Part shown: in pieces, positions 47,905-61,027 of the stretch | Layout of the letters: every line of letters begins with the position of its first letter | Position numbering within the stretch: the stretch's first letter is position 1 | Source of the DNA: Scyliorhinus canicula | Lineage: Eukaryota | Direction: 5' to 3' | Assembly (NCBI RefSeq): GCF_902713615.1 | Contig: NC_052158.1 | Location: 43,115,159-43,179,158 of the forward strand | Length of the DNA: 64,000 nucleotides | Position numbers and translations under genes: made by a program | Notes under the pieces: generated by a model | Seen by the model: the letters and a program-made list of their open reading frames with translations, nothing else | Databases searched by the model: none | Told to the model about the DNA's origin: nothing

Positions 47905-49424
47905 CTGAGGTTGACCTTGGGATGGAGGGGAGGCTGCTTCAAGACCCAGCTGCCCCTGCGCCATCTGGCTCTGTCAGCCCTGGCGGCTCCCTCTTGTCAA
48001 CACCCTCGGCAATGCGCCTCAGTGATTGGGACATGCTCTGCAGTGCCTCATCAATGCCCACCTGTGACTGGGACAAGCGTCTCGCCATTCCCATCTGAGA
48101 GCAGGGCATGTCCCGCAGAACCTCATCAAGGTCAGTCTGGTACTGGGTCACATCCCCTAGTGAGTTGGATATTCTGCCAGGGCCCTCAGCTGTGGCAATC
48201 ACAGACTGCGTGATGCCTTGGACACCTTCACCAATAGTGCTGACGCCATGCACCAAGCTCTCCATTGTGGTCGCCACCCTAGCAGTATTGGCCTCGGCGC
48301 CATGCATTGCCAGTGACATCTCCTGTGCCTGTAACCTCTGGGACTCCTCCTATCGGCTTTGGACCTGCTGGATGGCTGCTGACATCTCCCTCTGAATCAC
48401 CCAGCCGCTCCGTAATGTTTCCATCAGCTCCGGGTAACTCTGTATCAGCATCAGGTTGTGAACCAGCTGGGTCCTGGGAGCCAGCAGGCCTTAGATTGCT
48501 GTCTCGCCTGGAGGCTCCTGCTTCCATCTGATGTGCATCAACAACTGTGTGATGCTCACCAGATTATTCCCCAGAAGCCTGTCCACTAACATTTCCCACC
48601 GAGATGTGTGTACCTGCGCTGGTGGAGGGTGGGGATGACAGCTGTGGTGCCTTGATGTGTCTTCTTCGGAACTCTCCTCCGAGGTGTTCTCCTAAGAGGA
48701 TGGAGAGAGGGACACCGGGATGGGCCAGCGCCGTTGGCTGGAGGACCTGGGGGAGAATAGACGTGGTCAGTGGGAGAGATGGGTCAATCCATATGTCAAT
48801 AATAATTCACGTTTGACAGGTCCTCCCGGTGAGGCCCGATAAATCCTCACATCTGCAGCGTCCTCCAACCTCTGCATGGGTGACCGCCCTGTCCTCGGCC
48901 ACCCCAGTCACCTCCAGAGTCCACTCCTTGTGGAAGGTGAGGATTATTATATCCAGCATGCCTCCGCCAGTCTTGGTTTTCTCTCGCTGATTGTGGGAGA
49001 GCTTTTCCTGAGGAGACACAGAGAGGGAATCGTTAGCCACACGTGCGGTTCACAGTGGTCGGAGGGGGTGTGTGAAGGAGGGATTAAGGGATAGGAGGCT
49101 GAAGGGAGGAATGGGGGCTACATGGGAAGTTGGGGGGGGGTAGATTCTAGCATGGAGCAGAAAGGTCTCGGTCAAGGGCGTTGGTGTCTGCTCACTCATG
49201 CTACCCGGTTTAGGTTATTGACCTTTTTCTGGCGCTGGAGGCCAGTCCTGATCACACTCACCGAGCTTACAGCTGCTGCCACCTCATTCCAGGCAGCACT
49301 GGCTGCCATGTGGCTCACCCTCCGGGGCCCTTGCTGAGGAGGAGGGAGGAAACAGGACATCCCTCCTGGTCTCCACCATATCCAGGAGCCTCCCCAGGTC
49401 AGCATCTCTGAATCTTTAGGCCAT
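47905..49424 (-). pseudogene. Intron-containing Myb/SANT-like DNA-binding ORF of a PIF/Harbinger element, decayed
   Basis: RFRDADLGRLLDMVETRRDVLF...AWNEVAAAVSSVSVIRTGLQRQKKVNNL, GTGAG donor, CAG acceptor, then EKLSHNQREKTKTGGG. This is a Myb/SANT-like Harbinger accessory signature, with stops and a frameshift. Confidence 0.75.
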
Positions 49425-50031
49425 GGCTGTGAGCCTAGTGGGTTTGGCTGTGAAAGTGCAGCTTGTTAGTGAGGCACTGGCAAGCAGGGTCCTGACAAAT
49501 TGGCTCGCAAGCCTTCCTTTGCTGCAAGAAGCCTGTGAGGCCTCATTACGTGGACCAATTAACGTCGAATAGCGTTGCTGGCCTCGCTGGGCTGAGTGCC
49601 AAGGAACACCCGGCAATTCCTGCTCCCGACCCTACCACATTTCCAAATCTTTGTGGAGAATCCTGCCCACTCTCGCCATGTTGATGTCCCTCCCTTTAAA
49701 GTTTCACGTGTGCTGCCATCATGCCAGACCTTTAAAGAGGATGCCCGGTGCTGAAGCCGGAGGGTAACTCTGACCCTGCAACATTCAGAAACACCCGACC
49801 CGGCTCTCATAACCCGAATAGGGATCAATCTGGAATGTGGAAATATAATCGCCGCATGATTGTTGTTTGGTTTACAGCGCGGATTAAATCATGTGAGTGG
49901 GCGGATTTATTGCTGGATGATGTTTTATTGCTGCCTGGTATCTGGGTTTAGTGATGTTTTCTCCCGGGGTGAGTGCTGTCGGTGAGGTGCTGGGTAATGA
50001 CCCTCCCTAACTCTGTGTCTCTCTCACACAG

Positions 50032-50280
50032 ACCTGCATGAACAGCTCATGGTCCATGTGGCTCAGGACGGCATTCCGGACAAACAGTTTGATTGGGAGG
50101 TGGACGGCGATGAGATTCTCTACATGGATTTCAACCTGAAGAAGGAGGTGGCGCGGATCCCCGAGTTTAACAATTATTTCATGCGGGGAGGAGAGGCTGG
50201 GATCACAGCTCAAATGGCCATCGTGAAAAACAATTTAAATGTTGACAAGAACCTGTCGAACTGGACCCCGGAACCTAAAG
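50032..50280 (+). CDS. MHC class II alpha chain, exon 2 (alpha-1 peptide-binding domain)
   Basis: 249-bp exon with pyrimidine tract plus CAG acceptor and G|GTAAGA donor. Translation YLHEQLMVHVAQDGIPDKQFDWEVDGDEILYMDFNLKKEVARIPEFNNYFMRGGEAGITAQMAIVKNNLNVDKNLSNWTPEPK carries the class II alpha motifs DGDE.Y.DF, RIPEF and KNNL. Confidence 0.95.
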
Positions 50281-50944
50281 GTAAGAGACCGGGTTCACCC
50301 CCCCTCTCTGGGACCGGAGAGGGGCTGGGAGATAGGTGGCCCAGGGCAGTGGGCCCTGAGTGAGCAGTGAAATGGAGAAATCTCACAGGGACCTGTTAAA
50401 CAGGCAGGTGGGTAATCTCAGTCTCCCAGCATGGGGTGTGAGTCCATGGGGGTATTGACCTGTGTGTTTGGGCCAGCTGGGAACCCCTGGCAGCCTGGAA
50501 GTGCAGTCTGGCAGTCAGGGTAACTGAACCTGTGTGTGTTTGTCCCACGGCTCCTTGCCTACTGTCTTCTTGCTGGATATGTGTCCTTTCTCTCCAATCC
50601 CCGATCTTGGGGATTTAATCAGGTAATATGAGTTTGGGACGAAAGAGATGTTAAATCTTGTTTCATAGGGAGATTGTAACAGAGAGCAGATTTCCGGCGA
50701 GAGGTGAGAACCCAACCCACGCAGTAATATTTGATCGCAACAACTTTAATGTAATAAAATATCCCAAGCGGGTTCACAGGAGCATTTGAATATGTAATAT
50801 GACACCAAGCCAGAAAGGAAATTTAAAATAAAACTGATCTGAAAATAAATCCAAAGTGCTGGAAATACTGAACAGGCCTGGCAGTATCTGTGTAGAGAGA
50901 GCAGAGTAACAGGCGAGATCAGTGTTCTTCAAACTTTTTTTCCG

Positions 50945-51480
50945 GGGACCCACGCCGGCCAACCTTCGGGACCCACGCCGGCCGACCTTCGCGACCCAAC
51001 ATGGCTGACCTTCGCAACCCACACCGGCCGACGTTCGTGACCCACGCCGGCCGACCTTCGCGACCCACGCCGGCCGACCTTCGCGACCCACGCCGGCCGA
51101 CATTCGCGACCCACGCCGGCCGACATTCGCGACCCACGCCGGCCGACATTCGCAACCCACGCCGGGCGACATTCGTGACCCACGCCGGCCGACATTCGTG
51201 ACCCACGCCGGCCGACATTCGCGACCCACGCCGGCCGACATTCGCAACCCACGCCGGCCGACATTCGTGACCCACGCCGGCCGACATTCGTGACCCACGC
51301 CGGCCGACATTCGCGACCCACGCCGGCCGAACTTCGCGACCCACGCCGGCCGACCTTCGGGACCCAACATGGCTGACCTTCGCGACCCACACAGCCGACG
51401 TTCACGATCCACGCCAGCCAACCTTCGCGACCCACGCCGGCTGAGCTTCACGACCCACGCCGGCCGACCTGCGCGACCCA
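50945..51480. repeat. 20-bp minisatellite CGCGACCCACGCCGGCCGAC(C/A)TT-type
   Basis: About 26 tandem CpG-rich units inside the hAT element. Confidence 0.92.
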
Positions 51481-51789
51481 CCATTTTCTCTAACCTTGTT
51501 TGCTGCTGACAAAAATGGACGAAATGGGTTTGGGTCCCTTTGGCCCTCGTACACACTCCTCCAATGGAACCTGTGTCGGAAGTATGGAGTCGCCATCTGT
51601 CCAAAGTTCTGCATATTTTTCCTGTAAGCAACCCCTTCCCTCACCCCCCCCAAACTTGTAAAAATATAATAAAAAATAAAATGAATAAAATAAATGAAAA
51701 AGAATTAAATGAATAAACATCCCCCCCTGAACTTGTAAAACAAAAAGCTGCGACCGATAAAAGAAATAGCGGCGCGGGAGGGGCCGGAG

Positions 51790-53515
51790 TCACAGAGAGG
51801 GAGGGAGCCGGGCACCAGAATGGGCACCTGGGGGGGGTGGGCACACACTGGGTGAGGGGGAGGGCCGGATGAGGATGGGGGGGGGGGGGGGGGAAGAGAG
51901 GGCCGGATGGGGGGAGGGGAAGAGAGGGCCAGATGGAGATGGGGATGGGTGGGGGGAGATGGGGATGGGTGGGGGGGGAGAGGGCCGGATGGGGATGGGG
52001 GAGGGGAGGAGAGGGCCGGATGGGGATGGGGGGGGGGGAGAGGGCCGGATGGGGATGATGGGGTGGGGGGAGAGGGCCGGATGGGGATGGGGGAGAGCAG
52101 AGGGCCGGATGGGGATGGGGGGAGAGCAGAGGGCCGGATGGTGATGGGGGGAGGGGAGGAGGGCCGGATGGGGATGGGGGGAGGGAGGAGAGGGCCAGAT
52201 GGGATGGGTGGGGGGAGAGGGCCGGTTGGGAATGGGGGGAGGGGAGGAGAGGGCCGGTTGGGGATGGGGGGAGGGGAGGAGAGGGTCGGATGGGATGGGG
52301 ATGGGGGGGCAGAGGGCCGGATGGGGATGGCGGGAAGAGGTCCGGATGGGGATGTGGGGGGAGAGGGGCTGGAGGGGGATGATGGGGGGGGGGGGGGGGG
52401 GGAGAGGAGGCCTGATTGGGGGTGGGGATGGAAAGGGGTGGATGGGGATGGGGGGGGTAGAGGGCCGGATGGGGATGATGTGGGGGGGGCCGGATGGGAT
52501 GGGGGGAGCGGGGATGGGACTGGGCCAGGGGGGGAGGGATGGCCGGATGGGGATGGGGAAGGAGGGGAGGAGACGGCTGGATGGGGATGGGGTGTGAGAG
52601 GGCCCGATGGAGATGTGGGAGGGGTGAAGCGGGCCTGATGGGGAGGGGAGGGAGAGGGCCGGATAGGGATGGGGGGGGCGGACAGGGCCGGATGGGGATG
52701 GGCGGGGCGAGAGGAGAGGGCCGTATAGGGATGGGGGGCGGGAGGAAGAGAGTAGGACGGGATGGGGGAAAGGAGGGAAAGGAGGAGGCCGGATGGGGAT
52801 GGGTGGGGGAAGAGAGCCGGATGGGGATGTGGGGGGGGGGAGATGAGGGCTGGATGGGGATGTGGGGGGGGNNNNNNNNNNNNNNNNNNNNNNNNNNNNN
52901 NNNNNNNNNNNNNNNNNNNNNNNNNNNNNNNNNNNNNNNNNNNNNNNNNNNNNNNNNNNNNNNNNNNNNNNNNNNNNNNNNNNNNNNNNNNNNNNNNNNN
53001 NNNNNNNNNNNNNNNNNNNNNNNNNNNNNNNNNNNNNNNNNNNNNNNNNNNNNNNNNNNNNNNNNNNNNNNNNNNNNNNNNNNNNNNNNNNNNNNNNNNN
53101 NNNNNNNNNNNNNNNNNNNNNNNNNNNNNNNNNNNNNNNNNNNNNNNNNNNNNNNNNNNNNNNNNNNNNNNNNNNNNNNNNNNNNNNNNNNNNNNNNNNN
53201 NNNNNNNNNNNNNNNNNNNNNNNNNNNNNNNNNNNNNNNNNNNNNNNNNNNNNNNNNNNNNNNNNNNNNNNNNNNNNNNNNNNNNNNNNNNNNNNNNNNN
53301 NNNNNNNNNNNNNNNNNNNNNNNNNNNNNNNNNNNNNNNNNNNNNNNNNNNNNNNNNNNNNNNNNNNNNNNTGGGATGGGGGGGGGAAGAGGAAGGCAGG
53401 ATGGGGATGGGTGGGTGCAGGATGGGGATGGGGGGAGGGAGAAGGCAGGATGGGGATGGGTGGGTGCAGGATGGGGATGGGGGGGGGGGGGGGGGGGGAG
53501 AGGGCCGGATGGGGA
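51790..53515. repeat. G-rich minisatellite (GAGGGCCGGATGGGGATGGGGG-type) flanking a 500-N gap (52872-53371)
   Basis: Tandem degenerate units on both sides of the gap. Confidence 0.9.
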
Positions 53516-53924
53516 TGTTCGCGGCCGTTATGGAAAGCCGGCTGCTGCGCGGGGATTTGCGTGATTGGGAGCACCGCGGACAACGACTCCACGACACCCT
53601 CCCGTGACCCACCCGCGGGTCGCGCCCCCGAGTTTGAAGAACACTGGGCTAGACTTCAAACTTCAAGGAAGATTGGCAGGCTGGCAAATCCACACTGTCA
53701 GGCAAAACAGTCCTACCTCCCAGTGATTTTGTTGGAAGTATCTTCTTGGGGGTCACAGCAACCCACCTGAATGGGGCAGGTCATCGTTTGAGCCAGTAAA
53801 TGAGCCAGGTGAGAGCTCATTGCAAGGCTGTATGAACATTTTCAAGGTGAAGCATGGCAAATACACTGGATCAACAGGAGCAGAGGTAGCTAGACAGCAG
53901 GAAGACAGTCAGAGAAGCAAGAGC

Positions 53925-54033
53925 AATTCCTGATCATGGTTAATTAAAAAAAATATTTTATTCTAAACTGAAACAATAACAACACCACAATCCAACAAAA
54001 CAAAGTTAACAGTTTGTACATTTTTCCCCTTTT

Positions 54034-54078
<45 letters not shown>

Positions 54079-55370
54079 CCACCCCGCAACAAACAGCTCT
54101 TCAAATATCATCATGAACGGCCTCCACCATACCTCGAAGCCCTTTTTCGACCCCCCTCAACACAAATTTAATCTTCTCCAACCAGAGAAACCCGTACAGA
54201 TCCCCAAGCCAGGCCGCAGCCCCCGGGGGAGTATCTGACCTCCAGTTCAAAAGAATCCATTGCCGGGCAATCAGAGAGGTGAAGGCCATGACATCGCGCC
54301 CCACACACCCACCCACCGCACACCGCACAGCAGCTCCGGCATCTCTGAAGCACCAGAGGTCGCCACCATGGGGTCCGGCTTCACCTTCGCCCCCACTATC
54401 CTCAATAAGGTCCGAAACACCACCTCCTGGAAACTCTCCGACTTCTTGCAACCCCAAAACATATGAACATGATTGGCTGGCCCAGCCCATACTTCACATC
54501 CATCCATTAGCCCCAGGAAGAACCCAGTCATCTGAGCCTCAGTCATGTGTACCCTGTGCACCCTTCAAACAGAATCAAGCTCATTCTAGTGCGGGATGAA
54601 GTTGAGTTCACTCGCTGCATTACCTCACCCCAGAGCCCCCATTCTATCTCCGTCCCCAACTCCCCCTCCCACTTCCGTTTAATTCTTTCCATCAACCCCC
54701 GATCCTGCCCTTCCCGACCTCATCTGGGAGTAGCAATTTCTCCAGCAGCCTGTACTCCAGTAGTTGAGGGAATATCGGCAGCTCCTTTCGTGCAAAGTCC
54801 ACACCTGCCAGTACCTAATCTCACTCCCCCTTGGGAACACAAACCTCACCCACAGCTCTTCCAACCCAGTGAATTTCCCCTCGGAGAACATATCCCTGAC
54901 CTGCTCCAACTCCTCCTCCCTCCACTGCCTATGTACATCCTATCCATCCCCCCAACCCCCGGTTTAAACGTGTGGTTCCTACACAATGGTGTCAGCACCA
55001 ATATGTGGCCGAATTTAAAGTGCCTCCTGAACTGCTTCCAGATCTTAATCGTTGATTTCACCACCGGACGCCCTGTATACTTCCTCTGAGCCAGCAGCAA
55101 TATGACCATCATCAGAGCCCCCACAGGACAATCTTGTTCAAACACTAGCCATGGGGGATGTAAACAGCAATCGAACCCAAGCCACAACTTTTGATCCAAA
55201 CTCAAACCTTCCCAAAACTTCAAACAGAGACCTCCATTCTACCTGCTCGGATGCCTTCTCCGTATACATGGACACGATCACCTCTGGCTCCCGCCCCCCC
55301 TGATGGAGTCATTATTACACTTAGCAACCTCCTAATGTTACTGGAGAACTGCCTCCCCATTCAAAACCGT
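53925..55370 (-). mobile_element. L1-like ORF2 3' region and 3' UTR
   Basis: HRVHMT...CEVWAGPANHVHMFWGC and WLEKIKFVLRG on the minus strand. Confidence 0.85.
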
Positions 55371-55371
55371 T

Positions 55372-58300
55372 TGGGTAATTTAAAAGTGATAACTGCTGTC
55401 AGTCGTGAATTTAAACCTGATGTCTGTGTTGAAGAGGGTATTTGTCTTATGGATGTTGCAAGGAAAGATTAAGGGTTACTTATAGAGTATTGTATTCTTT
55501 GGGGGAAGTATTTTAGTTGATAGTTACTAAGATGTTTACTCTGTGTTTAAAAATGTTAGTTGGATTCATAGAATAAACATTTTGTTTTGTTTAAAAATAC
55601 TTTCAGCTCTCTGTTGCACCACACCTGTAAAGTGGGCCTTTGTGATCCCCATAACCAAAATCTATTTAAAGTTATGGGCCAGGTGAACTCCATGATGTAC
55701 TTTGGGGTTCTCTAAACACTGGCCCGTAATAAATTGGGATCTCGTCCGGGATAAAAGTTCATCTGTAGGGTTGGCTTTGTGAACTTAAAGACAGTGAGGG
55801 GTGAGCACATTGTGTTTGCTTTTCAGGTGTGGTATACCAGTTTAAGTAGGGAGTGTGTTGTGGACAATGGCTCTTTCAGAGGCTCTGAAGTTTTTGGGGG
55901 TGGACACGGTCATACACAGTACCTTACAAACAGAGATTAAAAATAGGCATTTAGATTTGGCAAAAACATTGCAGTCAACATTACCTGACAGAATACGAAA
56001 AGAAGCGGTACTTACGGTGCTAACGGAGCATTTAAAATTGCCTGCGATACAGTCTGATTCATTAGAAATGGCAAAAAGTCAGTTACAAATCAAGTAACTT
56101 GAACATGAAAAAGAATTAAAGCAGCTTGAATTCGCAATGAGCAAAAAGAGAGAGAGGAAAGAGAGAGAGAGAGAGAAAGGGAGATAGAGATCGGGGGGGG
56201 GGGGTAGAAAAGGAGAGTGAAGAAAGAAACAAAGAAGGAAAAGGGAGGACAGGGAAAAAGAGAGAGAGTTCGAACTTCAGAAAATGGCCATGAAACATGA
56301 CAGTCAGTTAAAATTGGTGGATGTAAAGGGAAACATACAGTTGGAGAATCATAATGAGGATAAAGAGAAAGAGCGTTATAATCGAAGGCTTGGTGGGGAT
56401 CTATTTAAATATGTCCAAGCATTGCCAAGGTTTGATGAGAAGGAGGTAGAAGCCTTTTTCATTTCATTTGAGAAGGTGGCTAAACAAATAAAATGGCCAC
56501 AGGACATGTGGGTATTACTGATTCAAACAAAGTTGGTAGGTACAGCTGGTGAAGTGTTTGCATCACTACCAGAGGAGGTATCTGGGACGTATGAGGAGGT
56601 GAAAGCATCCATGTTGGGTGCATACGATCTAGTGCCTGAAGCCTACAGACAAGATTTAGAAATTTAAGAAAAGAACCTGGTCAAACATACATGGAGTTTG
56701 AAAGGATCAAACAGAGTAATTTTGATAGGTGGATAAGGGCTTTGAAAATAGACCAAACGTATGAAGCTCTCAGAGAAATTATACTTTTGGAGGCGTTTAA
56801 AAATTCAATTCCTGATGTAGTGAGAACTCATGTGGAAGAGCAGAGGGTTAAAACTGTGAGGTTAGCAGCAGAAATAGCAGATGATTATGAATTAGTTCAT
56901 AAATCAAAGCTTGGTTTCCGACATCAGTTTCAGCATGTGAGGGATAGAAACTGGGGAAAAGAGAAATTCTCAAGTGGTAAAGGTAAAGGTGATCCGATGG
57001 GAGATAATCAGGAGAGTATACCTCAGATTAAAAGGAAATCCAGGAGGGTAGAAGTGACATGAAAAGTTTCAAATGTTTTCACTGTAATAAACTAGGCCAT
57101 GTAAAGTCACAGTGTTGGTGGTTGAAGAAAAGCACTGGAACGGCTGATGTGGTACAACAGGATAAGACAGTGGGGTTTGTTAAAGTGGTAAAGGAAAGCC
57201 CAAGTGAAGCAAAGGATGTGCAAAAGATTGTACAACCTGATCAAGAGATGATTGATAAGAAGGTGCCAGATCTCGATAAGAATTTACTTGTGTGGGTAAA
57301 CTTTACTCGTGTATCAGGAGGAGCAGGTAAAGATGTCACAATTTTAAGATATATGGGAGGTGGTCAATCTTTAATGGTAAGAGATGAGGAGTTATGTAGT
57401 TTGGGAAGAACATTGCCAGAAAAGGTGGTAATATATGGAATTCAGGGTGAGAAGAGTAGTGTTCCATTATATAAGGTAAGGTTGGAAACCCTAGTGACGA
57501 GTGGTGAAATGGAGTAACAGAGAAACTGTCTTGTCCAAGAATACAGTTTATCTTGGGTAATTACAGGTCGGAGTGATGCGTACTGTGGTTGAGAAGCCAG
57601 TGAAAAATCAGACAACTGAAGCGTTGAAGGACCAGTATCCTGGGATTTTTCCGGATTGTGTAGTAACAAGGTTTCAAAGTCACAGATGAAGACAAGAGGA
57701 GAAATCAAAGAGATAAAGTTCAAGTTCAATTATCAGAAGCGATTTTTGATCAGATGGTTGAAAAAGAACAAGAACAGGTGGAGGATGAGGCATATATTTT
57801 TAGTTCAGGAAAATTGGTGGAGTTACAACAGAAAGATATATAAATAAAATTGATGTATAAGAAAGCATACAAGGAAGAGGAATCTGAGTGTATACTAGAG
57901 TGTTATTACAGTAAAAATGATGTCTTGATGTGAAAATGGAGACTACACATGCAGGCAGATGAAAAGTGGGCAGAAGTTCATCAAGGTATTGCTGGTAGGG
58001 TATAGAAAGGAGGTGTTGTGGGTTGCACATGAGGTACCAGTGGGAGGTCATTTGGGAGTAAGGAAAACTCAAGCTAAAATCCAAAAACAATTTTATTGGC
58101 CTGGACTACATAAAGATGTAGTTGAATTTTATCGATCATGTCACACATGTCAAGTGATGGGGAAACCTCAAGCAATGATAACACCAGCGCCCTTAATACC
58201 CATTCCAGCATTTGAGGAACCTTTTTACAAGGGTCTTAATTGATTGCGTAGGACCGCTTCCTAAAACAAAAAGTGGGAATCAATATCTTTTGACTATAAT

Positions 58301-61027
58301 GGATGTGTCTACGAGGTTTCCAGAGGCCATTCCAGTACGTAATATTACAGTGAGAAAAATTGTCAAGGAGTTACTGAAATTCTTTACTAGATATGGACTA
58401 CCCACAAAAATACAATCAGATCAAGGATCAAATTTTACCTCAAGGTTATTCAAAGAAGTTATGGATAGCTTTGGAATAAAACAATTTATATCAACTACAT
58501 ACCATCCAGAATCGCAGGGAGCATTAGAAAGGTGGCATCAGACATTAAAGACAATGTTGAGGGTTTATTGTCAAGATTATCCAGAGGATTGGGACAAAGG
58601 AATTCCATTCGTACTGTTTGCAATTAGGGATGCACCTAATGAGTCAACAAATTCAGTCCTTTTGAACTAATTTTTGGTCATGAGGTAAGAGGACCACTTA
58701 AATTGATTAAGGAAAAATTGGTGAGTGAGAAATCGGAACTTACATTATTGGATTACGTATCAAATTTTAGGGAACGATTTAATAAAGCAGGTGAATTGGG
58801 AGACAGCATTTAAAAATTACACAACATGTGACAAAAAGGGTAGCGGACAAGAAATCGAAAGTTCGTAGTCTTGCCAGTGGAGATAAAGTTTTAGTATTGT
58901 TACCAGTGGTAGGTGAACCTTTAAAAGAAAGGTTTTGTGGACCTTTATCAGATTGAAAGGAAATTAAGTGAGGTGAATTATGTGGTAAGAATGCCAGATA
59001 GAAGGAAAACTCACCGAGTGTGTCATGTGAATATGCTTAAAAGGTACTTTGAAAGGGAAGGAGAGCAAAAGTAGGAGGTTTTAATGATTCTAACTCAAAG
59101 CGACGATCCAAATCCAGATGACTTTGAATTTGACATCCCTCAAATTAAATTGGAAAACCAGGATGTTCTTAAAAATTGGGATAAATTGTTGAGTTACCTT
59201 CCAGAAAAAAATGGACTTACCTGAAAGAGTTATTGATATCACATGGGCAAGTTTGTGGAGATAAATCGGGAAGTACTAAAATGGCTATACATGATGTAGA
59301 TGTGGGAAATGCTGTTCCAAGTAAACAACATCCATATAGACTTAACCCTTTAAAATTGGCACAGGTGAACAAAGAGATTGAAGGTAGGCTTAAAAATGGC
59401 ATAATTGAAGTGGGTTGCAGCCAATGGAGCTCACCCATAGTGATGGCACCTAAACCAGATGGTACCCAATGGTTGTATGTGGACTATAGAAAGGTTAATG
59501 CAGTTACAAGAACAGACTCTTATCCTATCCCACATTTGGAGGATTACATTGAGAAAGTGGGACAAACCGCTTTTATTTCCAAATTGGATTTACTTAAAGG
59601 TTACTGGCAGGTACTTTATCTGAAAGGGCGAAGGAGATTTCAGCTTTTGTGACTCCAGATGGTCTATACCAATTCAAAGTTATGCCATTTGGCATGAAAA
59701 ACACCCCAGTCACATTTCAACGGTTAACTAACAAAGTCGTTTCAGGAACCCAATTGTGCGGTATACATCGACGATCTGGTAATTTTCAGCCAGGCATGGG
59801 AAGAACATTTAAAGCATCTGATAGAGTTATTCGATCAACCTCAGGAGGTGGGTTTGGTGGTAAACCTAGCCAAAATGAATTTGGGAAAAGCCCAAGTCAC
59901 TTTCCTGGGCCATACAATCGGACAGGGCCGAATGGTCCCACGGGATATGAAAACAAAAATGATTGGGGAGTTTCCAATAACCTCAACACGAAGGAAAATA
60001 ATGCGATTTCCTGGCATGAGTGGATTCTACCGGAAATTTGTGCCAATTTTTGCAGTGTGGTTGCTTCACTGATGAACTTGCTGAAGAAACATTGAATATT
60101 TCAGTGGACAGCAGAGTTTCAACAGGCATTTGACTGCCTGAAAGCTATGATAACCAATGCTCCTGTGTTGGAGAATTACAAGAGGGTCTGTGATCAGATT
60201 GAACTAAAGTATCTGATTTTAAAGAGAAATGCCGAGGCATAGAGAAATGGATGGATCGTGCAGAGACCTTCTTGTTCAAAGAGACTGTCAATCGAGAAGG
60301 ATTCCAGTTGGAGGCAGAACTAAAATGGACTATGTCATTATAAATGTTTTGTTTTGTTTAAAAAAAATGTATATTCACTGTCAATATTTCTTAAAGGAAA
60401 GTGAAAAGGTGAAAAATAAAACCATCTTGAGGTTGATGGGTTTTTTTTCTTGGGGGGTGTCATGTGAGAGTACCTTTAAGAAATAGGTGTTTGTTGAATA
60501 GCTGCAGTGATGTCAGAGAGTGGGAGCTGGGGTGTCTGTCTGCTTTTACTTTCGCTTTGAACAAAAGCTGGTGTGAGTCTGTGGGTTTTAGTTTCATTTC
60601 AGAGAGAAGAGCTGCAGTGAAAGCCAGCAGCTGTGCATGGATCTCGCTGGAAGCCAAAGTGTTCATTTGGATCATTTAAAAGTGATAACGGCCCTCAGTA
60701 GAGAATTTAAACCTGATGTCTGTGTTGAAGAGGGTATTTGTCTTATGGATGTTGCAAGGAAAGATTAAGGGTTACTTATAGAGTACTGTATTCTTTGGGG
60801 GAAGTATTTTAGTTGATAGTTGCTAAGATATTTACTGTGTGTTTAAAAATGTTAACTGGATTCATAGAATAAACATTGTGTTTTGTTTTAAAATACTTTT
60901 AGCTCTCTGTTGCACCACACCTGTAAAGTGGGCCGTTGTGCTCTCCATAACCAAAATCTATTTAAAGTTATGGGTCAGGTGAACTCCATGATATACTTTG
61001 GGGTTCTCTAAACACTGGCCCATAATA
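55372..61027 (+). mobile_element. Gmr1-like Ty3/Gypsy retrotransposon (gag-PR-IN-RT order), decayed; 5' LTR truncated
   Basis: LTRs at 55372-55731 (partial) and 60458-61027. PBS-Pro-like TGGGATCTCGTCCGGGAT. Gag LPRFDEKEV...CFHCNKLGHVKSQC. Integrase HEVPVGGHLG, IDCVGP, SDQGSNF and ERWHQTLK precede RT DYRKVN, DLLKGYWQV and MPFGMKN. Confidence 0.92.

Larger units (their letters stand above)
50920..53646. mobile_element. hAT (Charlie-like) non-autonomous element swollen by internal satellites
   Basis: Perfect 16-bp TIRs CAGTGTTCTTCAAACT / AGTTTGAAGAACACTG. 8-bp flanks GGCGAGAT / GGCTAGAC match at 6/8. Confidence 0.8.

Noticed and set aside
50032-50280. W-category or DM-like MHC assignment
   Set aside because: The exon closely follows the nurse-shark classical class II alpha pattern as I recall it (DGDEI.YMDFNLKKEVARIPEF...GGEAGI) and lacks DM-type cysteines. 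The diagnostic alpha-2 exon is not in the window.
51705-53770. Pro- and Gly-rich ORFs of 240-635 aa (collagen- or extensin-like)
   Set aside because: They are translations of the G-rich minisatellite and span the N gap.
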